From NCBI GenBank assembly GCA_963666835.2, contig CAXXGO010000006.1, forward strand, positions 1,504,001 to 1,568,000: 64,000 nucleotides of DNA. Reading direction: 5' to 3'. The notes beneath the pieces were generated by a model. The model made no database searches. It saw only the letters and a program-made list of their open reading frames with translations, and was not told the DNA's origin. This DNA is from Phycisphaerae bacterium. GTDB lineage: Bacteria > Planctomycetota > Phycisphaerae > UBA1845. A program made the translations under genes and the position numbers. Each line of letters begins with the position of its first letter. Positions within the stretch are counted from its first letter, which is position 1. Shown piece by piece: positions 1 to 9,873 of the stretch.

Positions 1-110
1 CAGGCGGGCGGATGCGCCGACAACGAGATCGTCACGGGTTGGTTGACGGCGATGTTCAGTTCGGTTCTGCAGGATTTGGTCTACAGCTCGTTCAACCTTA
101 TCTGACATTG

Positions 111-1115
111 ATGGCTGACCGGATCCCCAGCGTTACGATTATTGGCGACGGCGCGATGGGGACGGTCTGCGCGTTTCTTCTGGCTGACAAGGCGGACGCT
201 TTGACCATGTGGGGGGCGTTTCCGGATTATGTAGATCAACTCAACCGCCGGCGCGAGAACGTTCGGTTCCTGCCGGGTTACCGACTGCCTGATTCGCTCT
301 CCCTTGTGCATGAGCCCGCCGAGGCGTTTGCTCGGACCCCGGCGATGATTGTGTCGGCCGTGCCCTGCCAGTTCATTCGGTCGGTGTGGACCCGGTTGGC
401 GGAATCGGTACCTGCAGCGGTGCCCATAGTGTGTGTGGCCAAGGGTATTGAGGTTGATACGCTTCTGCGCCCGACCGACATTATCGGGGAATGTGTCAGC
501 AACCCGGTGCGGGCGTGCCTGTCGGGCCCGAGTATCGCGGCCGAGGTAGCCGCCAGGAAACCCGCGAGTGTGGTGGTGGCGTCCGACGATGCCCCATTTG
601 CCCGGTTCGCCCAGGAGGCGTTCAGCACGGACTACTTCCGCGTGTATACCAGCTCGGACGTGCTGGGGGTTGAGCTGGCCGGGGCGGTGAAGAACGTGAT
701 TGCCCTGGCGGCGGGGATCTGTGACGGAATCGACGCGGGCAATAACGCGAAGGCGGCGCTACTCACCCGCGGCGTCGTGGAGCTTGCTAGGTTGGGGGCG
801 GCGATGGGAGCCTCGCCCGAGACCTTCCGGGGTTTGGCCGGTGTGGGCGACCTGTTCACCACGTGTGTCTCCGGGCACAGCCGAAACCGAACGGCCGGGG
901 AACGGATTGGCCGAGGAGAGACGGCGGAACAAGCCATCGCGGCCACGTCTTCGGTTATTGAGGGGATCCCGACTACGCGCGCCGTGCTGGAACTTGCCCG
1001 CCGCCATCGGGTGGAGATGCCCATTGTTGAGGCGGTAGCGAGCGTGCTGTTCGACGGAGTCCGCCCACAGGACGCGATCGCGAAGCTGATGACCCGCCGG
1101 CTCCGCGCCGAGTAG
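111..1115 (+). CDS. gpsA: NAD(P)H-dependent glycerol-3-phosphate dehydrogenase
   Basis: Rossmann motif GDGAMG, plus AKGIE, LSGPSIA, GAVKNVIALAAG, GLAGVGDL and SRN motifs of GpsA; start taken at ATG 111 within ORF 12..1115. Confidence 0.95.
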   Translation: MADRIPSVTIIGDGAMGTVCAFLLADKADALTMWGAFPDYVDQLNRRRENVRFLPGYRLPDSLSLVHEPAEAFARTPAMIVSAVPCQFIRSVWTRLAESVPAAVPIVCVAKGIEVDTLLRPTDIIGECVSNPVRACLSGPSIAAEVAARKPASVVVASDDAPFARFAQEAFSTDYFRVYTSSDVLGVELAGAVKNVIALAAGICDGIDAGNNAKAALLTRGVVELARLGAAMGASPETFRGLAGVGDLFTTCVSGHSRNRTAGERIGRGETAEQAIAATSSVIEGIPTTRAVLELARRHRVEMPIVEAVASVLFDGVRPQDAIAKLMTRRLRAE

Positions 1116-1270
1116 CTTGGCGCTCGGCGCGTGCTGCCTGGAACCGGCCCTCGGGGTGCTTTGCTGAGCTGCTTCGCTTGGCCGGTGCGGCGCAGCCAAA
1201 GACGGACCCTTCTTAGACCGATAAAACACCGGAGAATATCGGTACGTCTTGTGGTTAGGAGGCGGTTGAC

Positions 1271-2095
1271 TTGCGCGCACTGGCGACCAGCGGCGGTCCG
1301 TGGGAGGTGTTGGGGTATCGGGAGCTGTTGCTCAGCCTTACGTGGCGGGATCTGCGCGTTCGATACAAGCAATCGCTGCTCGGGATCGCCTGGGCGGTGC
1401 TGCTGCCCCTTTCCATGATGTTGGTCTTCACCTTCGTGTTCACTCGGGCGATCGACGCCCGCTCGGTGCTGCACGTCGACATGCCCTACGCCCTGTTTGC
1501 TTACGCCGGGTTGGTGCCGTGGACGTTCTTCAGCATGAGCCTGAGCGGGTGTGTAAACTCGCTGGTGGCCAATCGTAACCTGGTGACCAAGGTCTACTTC
1601 CCGCGCGAGGTGTTTCCCCTCTCGTGCGTGGGGAGCTGTCTGGTTGATTTCGGCATTGCGATGTCGGTCCTGGTGGGCTTGATGGTCTTCTTCCACCTGC
1701 GTGGAGATTGGGCGTTTGTGCCCAGTTGGGCGCTGATGTTCCTACCGGTGGTTCTGCTGGTGCAGATTACCTTGACGGTAGGCGTCGGGATGTTGCTGGC
1801 GATGGCCAACCTGTTCTATCGGGACGTCCGGCAGATCTTCGGCGTGGTGATTCAGCTTTGGATGTTCGTTTCGGCTGTGGTCGTTCCGGTGCCGCGCGAT
1901 GGCACCTGGCTGGCCACGTTAATCAGCTTGAATCCGCTGGTACCGTTGATCGGGGCGTATCGCGATTGCGTGATCTACGGGCGAATGCCCGCTGCGACGG
2001 GCTTTGTCTATGCGACGGTAGTGGCCGTGATCCTGTTGGCCGGCGGGTGGGTTTGTTTTCGGCGGGCATCGTACAAGTTTGCGGAGTGCATTTGA
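1271..2095 (+). CDS. wzm: ABC-2 polysaccharide/O-antigen export permease (Wzm-like)
   Basis: YRELL...RDLRVRYKQSLLG, KVYFPRE, YRDV and LNPL motifs; several hydrophobic helices; start codon uncertain (TTG). Confidence 0.88.
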   Translation: MRALATSGGPWEVLGYRELLLSLTWRDLRVRYKQSLLGIAWAVLLPLSMMLVFTFVFTRAIDARSVLHVDMPYALFAYAGLVPWTFFSMSLSGCVNSLVANRNLVTKVYFPREVFPLSCVGSCLVDFGIAMSVLVGLMVFFHLRGDWAFVPSWALMFLPVVLLVQITLTVGVGMLLAMANLFYRDVRQIFGVVIQLWMFVSAVVVPVPRDGTWLATLISLNPLVPLIGAYRDCVIYGRMPAATGFVYATVVAVILLAGGWVCFRRASYKFAECI

Positions 2096-3402
2096 TGAGT
2101 ATTCCGGCAGTGCACTTCAACGAGGTCTCGAAGCGTTTTCGCCTGGGCGCTACGCACGATTCCCTGCGTGATCTGCTATCAAGCGGTGTTCGGCGTGTCT
2201 TCCGGCGCGGGGCCGGCTCCAACGGGCGCGATACGTTCTGGGCTCTGCGTGATGTGGATTTCTCGGTGGCCCAGGGGGAGGCGGTCGGGATCATCGGTCC
2301 GAACGGGGCCGGCAAGAGCACCGTTTTGAAGCTGCTCGCGGGAATCCTGCGCCCGGACGGCGGGGAGGTTCGCGTGTGTGGCAGGCTGGCGGCACTCATC
2401 GAGGTGGGCGCGGGTTTCCATGGCGATCTTACCGGGCGCGAGAATATCTTTCTTAACGGGGCGATCATGGGTATGTCCCGAGCCGAGATCCGGCGCAACC
2501 TCGATGCGATCGTGGACTTCGCCGGGATCGAGCGGTTTTTGGATATGCCGGTCAAGCGGTATAGCTCCGGGATGTATGCCCGGCTGGGGTTCAGTATCGC
2601 GTCGCACGTTGATCCGGACGTGCTTTTGGTCGACGAGGTTCTCTCCGTCGGCGACGCCGTGTTCCGGCTGAGATGTGCGGACCGGATGCACGAGCTGGTG
2701 CGCCGCGGGACTACACTCGTGTTCGTTACGCACAATCTGGACCAGATGCAATCCATCTGCCGACGGGCGGTGGTGCTCGATCATGGTCGGACCGTTTTTG
2801 CGGGAGCGTCGCGAGAAGCGGTCGGACATTATCTGCAGGCTATGTCCAAGGCCTACACCACGCAGCCTACGGATATGACCGCTGAAGATCATGAAGACGT
2901 ACAGGCGGCGGAGTTGGTCAACGTGCGTTTCGTTAACGCCGCCGGTGAAGAGCTCGTGTGGGTCCGTTCGCGCGACGAGATTCGCGCGGAAGTGACCTTC
3001 CGAATGCGACGGCCGGTCTCTCGGTTGGTCGTCGAGTTGAACATGCGAGCCTCGGTCAACGAGAATCTGATCAGTATCAACTCGGGGCGGGATGGTAGGA
3101 CATTTGACGTCGCGGAGGGTGTCCAGACGGTGGCACTGTCACTTCCGGCGCTGCCGGTCAGCGGCGGACAGTATTTCTGGAACGTGCGAATGTGGGATGC
3201 TAATCGCGGGACCACCGAGCTGGATACGCCGTTTAGATTCCCGCTGGTGGTAGATGACGAAGGCCGGGCAACGGGAGTTCTCTGCCTGGAGCATGAGTGG
3301 ACGACGTTAGAGAAAGGGGCGGTTCGCTCGGTGGCGAGGTCGTCGGTTGAACCGGCGGCGGTGCGCGCGGGGGCTTGCTGTGAAGATCTGCATCTTCAGT
3401 GA
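2095..3402 (+). CDS. wzt: ABC polysaccharide export ATP-binding protein with C-terminal Wzt_C-like domain
   Basis: Walker A GPNGAGKST, signature YSSGM..RLGF, Walker B LLVDEVL, H-loop VTH; ATG overlaps the wzm stop (TGATG). Confidence 0.9.
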   Translation: MSIPAVHFNEVSKRFRLGATHDSLRDLLSSGVRRVFRRGAGSNGRDTFWALRDVDFSVAQGEAVGIIGPNGAGKSTVLKLLAGILRPDGGEVRVCGRLAALIEVGAGFHGDLTGRENIFLNGAIMGMSRAEIRRNLDAIVDFAGIERFLDMPVKRYSSGMYARLGFSIASHVDPDVLLVDEVLSVGDAVFRLRCADRMHELVRRGTTLVFVTHNLDQMQSICRRAVVLDHGRTVFAGASREAVGHYLQAMSKAYTTQPTDMTAEDHEDVQAAELVNVRFVNAAGEELVWVRSRDEIRAEVTFRMRRPVSRLVVELNMRASVNENLISINSGRDGRTFDVAEGVQTVALSLPALPVSGGQYFWNVRMWDANRGTTELDTPFRFPLVVDDEGRATGVLCLEHEWTTLEKGAVRSVARSSVEPAAVRAGACCEDLHLQ

Positions 3403-4480
3403 CGCTCGGTCCGTGCACATTCAGCGGATCGTGCCCGGGCTAATCGCTCGGGGGCTCGAAGTCCATGTGGTGACGCACAAGCCGGCCGAGTTGCCGGGAG
3501 CCTGCGTTGAGAAATTCACCGTGCCGGCGCCCGGGCTGAACAACCTGCGCCGGTGGCACGGACGTTGGCGGCGGTACCTGCGGGATTTCATGGACCGGTT
3601 CGATGTCGTCCACGTCCATTTCTTGCAGGATTGGGGGTTCACCCCGGAGATAATCTCCTCCGGATGCTTCGTAGCCACGCCGTGGGGTTCGGATATCGTC
3701 CAGCCGCCGGGCGAGGGGTTTCCTCCGATCGAACTTGCCGAAGCCCGGCTGGCCATGCTGCGTCACGCTACGGCTGTGACGACTTGGGGACCCGGTTTCG
3801 CCCGGATCGTGGCGGAATACGCCGGGTTGGATGTGGAGGACATCGATCTGCTTCCGCTGGGAGTCGATCTGGCTCTGTTTCGTCCGGATTTATCGCGATT
3901 GAGTGACGAACGCCGTCCTTTGCGGGTCGGGTTCTTCAAGGGTTTTCGCGAGGTCTATGGCGCCACCTATCTCATGCGGGCGATCCCGACGGTCGTGGAA
4001 GAGGTTCCGAACGTACGTTTCGACCTGATCGGCGACGGACCCCAACTGGAAAAGTGCAAGGCCCTCGCGGGCCGGCTCGACGTGGACGATTGCGTGAACT
4101 GGGTCCGACGTCAGCCGCACCGCAATATCCCGAACTACCTGGCCAACTGGGATCTAACGGTCGTTCCGTCGGTTTGCGAGAGTTTCGGGGCGGCCGCGTT
4201 GGAGTCGTCGGCCATGGGTGTGCCGGTGGTGGCGTCGGACGTAGGGGGGCTGCCGGACACGGTCCGACACGGGGTCACCGGTTTGCTCACCCCGCCGCAG
4301 GCTCCCGAGCAACTGGCCGATGCGTTGATTACGCTGTTGGAAGACCCGCCGCGCCGCCGGGAAATGGGGGCTGCCGGCCGGGAGATGGTCGAGCGCGAGT
4401 ACAACTGGCAGACCATTCTTGATAAGTGGGTTACCACGTACGAAAAGGCCCGCGATTGTGCGGGGGCGGTATTGTGTTAA
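3380..4480 (+). CDS. Glycosyltransferase family 4 (GT-B)
   Basis: PSVCESFGAAALESSAMGVPVVASDVGGLPD and HGVTG motifs; probable GTG start at 3380 overlapping the wzt end. Confidence 0.9.
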   Translation: MKICIFSDARSVHIQRIVPGLIARGLEVHVVTHKPAELPGACVEKFTVPAPGLNNLRRWHGRWRRYLRDFMDRFDVVHVHFLQDWGFTPEIISSGCFVATPWGSDIVQPPGEGFPPIELAEARLAMLRHATAVTTWGPGFARIVAEYAGLDVEDIDLLPLGVDLALFRPDLSRLSDERRPLRVGFFKGFREVYGATYLMRAIPTVVEEVPNVRFDLIGDGPQLEKCKALAGRLDVDDCVNWVRRQPHRNIPNYLANWDLTVVPSVCESFGAAALESSAMGVPVVASDVGGLPDTVRHGVTGLLTPPQAPEQLADALITLLEDPPRRREMGAAGREMVEREYNWQTILDKWVTTYEKARDCAGAVLC

Positions 4481-4566
4481 GTTTGCCAAATGACGCAAAC
4501 TTGTCACCCGACGGGCCGGTGGAGACACGAAACCTGAAAAGCGCCGGGATAAACCGGCATGGAGGC

Positions 4567-4600
4567 CGTAGGGCAGGTCGAGGTACGAGACCTGCCGCAA
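4567..4600 (+). repeat. Solo GTAG-type REP-like palindrome
   Basis: CGTAG-GGCAGGTC-gaggtacga-GACCTGCC-gcaa; the same core recurs at 4718, 6974, 9211, 38618-38831 (reverse strand), 54724-57460 and 60946. Confidence 0.8.
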
Positions 4601-4717
4601 CCTCGTCTCGCCACCCGATGTTCCCATAAAACCCGGGCTCGCGCACCACTCGACGGTTTCATAACATCCGATCTCGGATCACCAGCCCCCGCCAGGGGCC
4701 TACAGCTCTTCTTAGCC

Positions 4718-4975
4718 CGTAGGGCAGGTCGAGGCACGAGACCTGCCGCAACGGCGACCATCGTGCGAATACCTGCTACGATGGCGTCCATCGCGCGAAG
4801 ACCCGCCTGCATTCCCAAGGGGTGGCCCACCTCTTTAGAGGTGGGGAATCCGATGATCCGACCTTTGAGACGTAAGTGCCCATACAATGACACTCCACGG
4901 GCCGACAAGCCGGCCCACCCGACAAACCAGCGTCGAGTCTTCGTCCCCCACGGCTGAAGCCACGGGCCACCCGAC
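4718..4975 (+). repeat. Composite REP mosaic, copy A
   Basis: REP core + GGGTGGCCCACCTCTTTAGAGGTGGG hairpin + conserved gtgcccatacaatgacactccacgggcc + cccacggct.aagcc...gggccaccc; homologous to copies B and C. Confidence 0.85.
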
Positions 4976-6766
4976 CTACGGGCAATCCGCCGGGGCGCTG
5001 AACGGATACGCCAGCCCCCGGAAGCCTTGACCGATTCGCATGATGTCCGTCATATTGACCACCGCGTTGGGAACCTCGGGTTCGACGTCCGACCAGGTCC
5101 AACGTGGGGCGCTCGGGTTTCGCTGGAAGACCTGCACGGCCGCCATGACGTCGTCCATACTCACAATCCCGTTAGGAGCCGACCAAGACCCGCCCGTGAA
5201 CGGACCCACAACGTCACACCAGTACTTCGGAGCCGGTATCGCCGTAGACGTGAGTTCAATGGAATCGCTCGTTCCCGCACCTGCCAGCGTCGCCCGGACC
5301 TCATAAGCCGAGCCCGGCACGATCATACAGCCGCGAAGTTGAATGACGCCCTCCGGCCAGAGCCGCACTACCGGATAACTCACCACCGAAGACGCGAAGT
5401 CCCCGGACTCTGTTTCCACCGGCGCGCCGGCCCAGCCGACCACGCCGACCGAATCAGGGAACAGCTCGCTGGAAGTCAGGATCACCTCGAAAGCCACCGG
5501 AGTACCCGCGTTCTGCGGAACGAAGGATATATAGCGATTGGTGGGCACATCGTCCGGCGCCCCGGCCGCCAGCGGAGCCTCGACCTCAAAAGAGCATACG
5601 CAGTACCCGTACATCGGGTCTACCGGATCCGTCTCGCATATCCAATCGTCCGGGCAATCGACGTCGCCGCCGGGGCAGGCGATCATCTCGTCCGCCGGCA
5701 GCCCGCCCACGCACGCCCCGGCCGTGGCCGTGCCGTCGCAGGTGTCGTCGATGGAACACGGGTTACCGTCGTCGCAACCGGTTCCTGACGGAAGCGGATC
5801 ATGCACCACAATGCCCGTTAACGGATCGCAGACATCCTCCGTACACTCGATGCCGTCGTCTAAGAGAATCACCGTGCCGCCATCCGGATCGCAGCATTCG
5901 GTACCGACTTCGTAGTTTGGATCGAAGTGACACCAGCCCGTCTCCGTATTACACCAGTCGTTTGTGCAGGAGTTCCCGTCGTCACATGTGGTGCACGGCT
6001 CGCACGCGTTCGTCGCACAGGTGCTGCCGTCGGAGAAGAAGGAGTACATCCCCCCGTCCGCCAACGCCGCACACTCCGCCTCGGTGACGTCGTCGGCACA
6101 GCCGCCCCCGCTACCGGTGTCGTAACAGCATTGGCCGGTAACCACAGTCAGCAAGGCCGACGTGCGGACCAGACCTGGGATGAACTGCGCAATCTCATCG
6201 TGCATGAACGTTCTCGACGTATCCGCCATCATCTGGATTTCGTAGGTGCCTTTTGCGTACGTGGGCACGTCCACGATCCACGTTCCGCCATAGCACGTCG
6301 TACCGGGGTCCGTCACGGAACCGCCCATACACACGCTGCCTAGCTCACAATCATCGTGGGGCCCCGGCAGAGGTGTTAACCCGAAGAACACCCAATCCGG
6401 ACGGTTGGAATCGATGAAGCAGCCGTCTTCAGTGAACGGACGCCACGTACTCAACGGCTCCCCAATCCCGTTGTCGTACGATGCCGGATTGTCCGACGTG
6501 GCCTGATACGCCCCCAGCGCCGGGTCACCCGGCGCCTGGCCCCAGCCGCGCACCTTCAGTTCGAACGTGACCTGACAATCCCCGGTTTCGAGGATAATCT
6601 CCGACGGCACGCCCTCCGTCGTCGAATTGTCAATGATCGCACCGGCCCCCGTCGTGCTGACCGGCTGGTACCGAAACTCCTGGCCGGAAACCTCCCCAGA
6701 GTGGCCCGAAACAACCAACATTGCCACAACCACCATCATCCACATTTCTCGAGAACATGCGTTCAT
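4976..6766 (-). CDS. Secreted Cys-rich multidomain protein (signal peptide, N-terminal beta-rich domain, CDDGNxCT repeats, C-terminal dockerin-like region); paralog of 7307..9118
   Basis: GGAGG RBS upstream of ATG 6766; hydrophobic N-terminus; CDDGNSCTNDWC, DDGIECTEDVC and CDDGNPCSIDDTC repeats; aligns collinearly with the neighbouring gene. Confidence 0.8.
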   Translation of the reverse strand: MNACSREMWMMVVVAMLVVSGHSGEVSGQEFRYQPVSTTGAGAIIDNSTTEGVPSEIILETGDCQVTFELKVRGWGQAPGDPALGAYQATSDNPASYDNGIGEPLSTWRPFTEDGCFIDSNRPDWVFFGLTPLPGPHDDCELGSVCMGGSVTDPGTTCYGGTWIVDVPTYAKGTYEIQMMADTSRTFMHDEIAQFIPGLVRTSALLTVVTGQCCYDTGSGGGCADDVTEAECAALADGGMYSFFSDGSTCATNACEPCTTCDDGNSCTNDWCNTETGWCHFDPNYEVGTECCDPDGGTVILLDDGIECTEDVCDPLTGIVVHDPLPSGTGCDDGNPCSIDDTCDGTATAGACVGGLPADEMIACPGGDVDCPDDWICETDPVDPMYGYCVCSFEVEAPLAAGAPDDVPTNRYISFVPQNAGTPVAFEVILTSSELFPDSVGVVGWAGAPVETESGDFASSVVSYPVVRLWPEGVIQLRGCMIVPGSAYEVRATLAGAGTSDSIELTSTAIPAPKYWCDVVGPFTGGSWSAPNGIVSMDDVMAAVQVFQRNPSAPRWTWSDVEPEVPNAVVNMTDIMRIGQGFRGLAYPFSAPADCP

Positions 6767-6973
6767 CTTCACTACCTCCATCTGGCATGTGGTCCTTCGA
6801 AACTCTACGCCATCCCAACTAAGTGCCGCCCCTGGCGTTCTTGACAATCGTCGCACCGCGCGGGTGAACAACTGTCAAGACAGTAGGGGCTTCGTTCACC
6901 TAACTCCCGCATTCCCGCGGCTTACGCCACGGGCTTCGAAGATCTTCCGCCCTGACGGGCTAATACCGCAATC

Positions 6974-7296
6974 CGTAGGGCAGGTCGAGGCACGAGACCT
7001 GCCGCAACGGCGACCATCGCGCGAAGACCCGCTACCATAGCGACCATCGCGCTAATACCTGCCGTAACGGCGACCATCGCGCGAAGACCCGCCTACATTC
7101 CCACAGGGAGGCCCGCCTCTTTAGAGGTGGGGGACCCGATGATCCGAACCTCAAGACGTTAGTGCCCATACAATGACACTCCACGGGCCAACAAGTTGGC
7201 CCATACCACCCACCGTCGAGTCCTTCTCCCCCACGGCTAGAGCCATGGGCCACCCAATCCGCCTTTGTCCCCCACGGCTAAAGCCATGGGCCACGC
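6974..7296 (+). repeat. Composite REP mosaic, copy B (contains internal gcgaccatcgc duplications)
   Basis: Direct similarity to 4718-4975 and 9211-9412. Confidence 0.85.
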
Positions 7297-7306
7297 GACG
7301 GCGTTC

Positions 7307-9118
7307 CTACGGACAATCCGCCGGATCGCTAAATGGATACGGCTGTCCCTGGAACCCGAACACTATCTGCATGACGTCCGTCATGTTGACAATCGCGTTG
7401 GGTTCCTCACCGTCAACGTCCACCCTCGTCCATACGGGGGCCGTCGCCGAATGTTGGAACCCCTGAATCGCGGCCATGACGTCGTTCATCCCTACGACCC
7501 CGTCCGCCGCCGTCCACACTTCGCCCGTAAACTCACCGACCACGTCGGCCCAGTGTTTCGGAGTCGGCTCTGCCACCGTCGCGCGAAGCAGCGGAGAGCC
7601 GAAGACCAACCCGTCGGTCGTGGTGCGGATCTGATAAACGCCGGCCGGCGTAATCTCACAATCTGCCAGGTGCAATAATACGGAAGAATACGGCCACTCG
7701 CGGTAGACCGGCGTATCCACCACGCGGACCACGTATTCGCCGGACGCAACTTCCGTCGGATCACCAACCCAGCCAACGACACCCGTGGAGGCAGGGAACA
7801 GCGTGCTGGAAACAAGAGAGACCTCGCAGGCTGCGGCACCGTAATGATTGAGTAAGGCAAAGGACACATAGCGATTCGTGACCGTATCATGTGGCGGCCA
7901 CGGCATAACTACGGCGTTAAGCTCACTCGTGCAATCGCAATAACCGTACATTGGATCAAGCATATTCCTCTGACACCACCAAGGGGCCGGACACTCCATA
8001 TCCGAAACACACTCGATCATCTGATCTTCCGGCATGACGCCGACACATGCATCCGGATCACCCGTACCGTTGCAGACGCTCTCCGTTGTGCAGAAGTCGG
8101 CGTCATCGCATGGCTCGCCGGCCGGGAGAGGATTGTGCGAAACCTCGCCAGTCCACTCGTCGCAGATGTCTACAGTACACGGTAGACCGTCGTCAATTGG
8201 AGTCAACGCCCCGCCATTCGGATCGCAGCAGTCGGTTATGAAGTTGTAGATTGGGTAGTTGTAGCAGTACCCGTTGTACTCGCATACATCCATAGTGCAA
8301 TCGCTCCAATCGCTGCAGTAGGAATCCCCCATGCACGGATCACATGAGTAGTCTTCACAAACCGCACCCGCGAAGAACATGTACGAATGGCCGGGCGAAG
8401 TTAACGCGTCGCACTCGGCCTCTGTTACGCCGTCGGCGCAGCCGTTTTCGATACCCATATTATAGCAGCACTGCCCCGTAACGATCGTCACCAACCCCGG
8501 CGTGCGAACCAGACCGGGAATCAGGTTGGCGAAGTCGTCGTTCATGAACGTTTTCGCCGTGTCATCCACTATCTGAATCTCGTACGTGCCCTTGGCCCCG
8601 CCCGGTAGATCCAGGATGAGCGTACCGCCGTATTGAATCGCACCCGGATCGGACGGGAATTCTCCCATACACGTTGAACCCATCTCATAGTCCGGACTGC
8701 CAACGTAGACCGCGGCGAGCGGATCCAAACCGAAATAAACAAAGTCCGACCGGGTTTCGTCGATGAAGCAGCCGTCCTCGGTCAACGGGTGATATGCCCC
8801 GATCGTCGCCCCGATCCCGTTATCGTACGACGCCGCGCTGTCCAAAGTCGCCTGATAAATACCCAGTGCCGGAGAGCCCGGCGCGTGCCCCCAGCCGCTC
8901 ACCTTCAGCTCGAGCGTTACCTGGCACCCGGCGGCATCCAGAATGATCTCCGACGGCGTACCCTCCGTCGCCGAGTTGTCGATGATGGTGAAATCCCCGG
9001 TCGCACCGACCGGCTGCCACCGCAACTCTTGCCCATCAACCGCGGCTCCGCCACCAACGATCGCAATGACCGCAACAATCCCAACGACCGCCCGAAATGT
9101 ACGACGACTCGCCTTCAT
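7307..9118 (-). CDS. Secreted Cys-rich multidomain protein; paralog of 4976..6766
   Basis: Signal peptide MKASRRTFRAVVGIVAVIAIV; shares the blocks IIDNS.TEG.PSEIIL, AKGTYEIQ, TGQCCY, DPMYGYC, TNRY.SF and NAIVNMTD...PYPFS.PADCP. Confidence 0.82.
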   Translation of the reverse strand: MKASRRTFRAVVGIVAVIAIVGGGAAVDGQELRWQPVGATGDFTIIDNSATEGTPSEIILDAAGCQVTLELKVSGWGHAPGSPALGIYQATLDSAASYDNGIGATIGAYHPLTEDGCFIDETRSDFVYFGLDPLAAVYVGSPDYEMGSTCMGEFPSDPGAIQYGGTLILDLPGGAKGTYEIQIVDDTAKTFMNDDFANLIPGLVRTPGLVTIVTGQCCYNMGIENGCADGVTEAECDALTSPGHSYMFFAGAVCEDYSCDPCMGDSYCSDWSDCTMDVCEYNGYCYNYPIYNFITDCCDPNGGALTPIDDGLPCTVDICDEWTGEVSHNPLPAGEPCDDADFCTTESVCNGTGDPDACVGVMPEDQMIECVSDMECPAPWWCQRNMLDPMYGYCDCTSELNAVVMPWPPHDTVTNRYVSFALLNHYGAAACEVSLVSSTLFPASTGVVGWVGDPTEVASGEYVVRVVDTPVYREWPYSSVLLHLADCEITPAGVYQIRTTTDGLVFGSPLLRATVAEPTPKHWADVVGEFTGEVWTAADGVVGMNDVMAAIQGFQHSATAPVWTRVDVDGEEPNAIVNMTDVMQIVFGFQGQPYPFSDPADCP

Positions 9119-9210
9119 CTGTCTGACCTCCGTCCTTTATGTGGTCGATCTGAATCCAATACCCGAACCACCTTGATTACTCTTCCGCCCTCACGGGCTA
9201 ATACCGCAGC

Positions 9211-9412
9211 CGTAGGGCAGGTCGAGGCACGAGACCTGCCGCAACGACGACCATCGCGCGAATACCCGCCTACGTTTCCAAGGGGTGGCCCACCTCTTTC
9301 GAAGTGGGGGACCCGATGATCCGACCTTCGAGACGTAAGTGCCCATACAATGACACTCCACGGGCCGAGAAGTTGTTTGTCCCCCCACGGCTAAAGCCGT
9401 GGGCCACCCGAC
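9211..9412 (+). repeat. Composite REP mosaic, copy C
   Basis: Direct similarity to copies A and B; also shares the upstream cttccgccct.acgggctaataccgca with copy B. Confidence 0.85.
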
Positions 9413-9873
9413 CGCGACCGTCTTGGTCGAGCCAATTGGGAGTAAACCGACATCGAATTGCGGCAGGCTTGCTTGCGGCATCGTCAGCCACCCTTTCGGA
9501 TCTCGGCTTCCTCGCTACGCCGCCATCCCCGGGGCGATAACACTGAAGTCCATTGTACGCTTCCACCATTCCAAATGGAATCTTTTTCACCTACAATTAA
9601 TGCCGCGCCGCATACTCGCAAGCGAATATGTGGGCGATATCGCTACAGATGCCACCGGCGCACGAGAGTTGCGAGTGAAGCTGTCCGTGAGGCCGCTGAT
9701 TCGAAAGGGAAGTTGGGGGCGACGCCGTCAAACGTGCCGAGAAACGCCACGCAGTAAGAGTGACATAATCACGGCACATTCCGGTTCCGAATCCCGGCAT
9801 TGACTGACCGCCGCACGGCCGGTTCTAACCAACGGAGGCGGTTTTTGACTCTGCCCGCCCCCACCCCCGGGGC

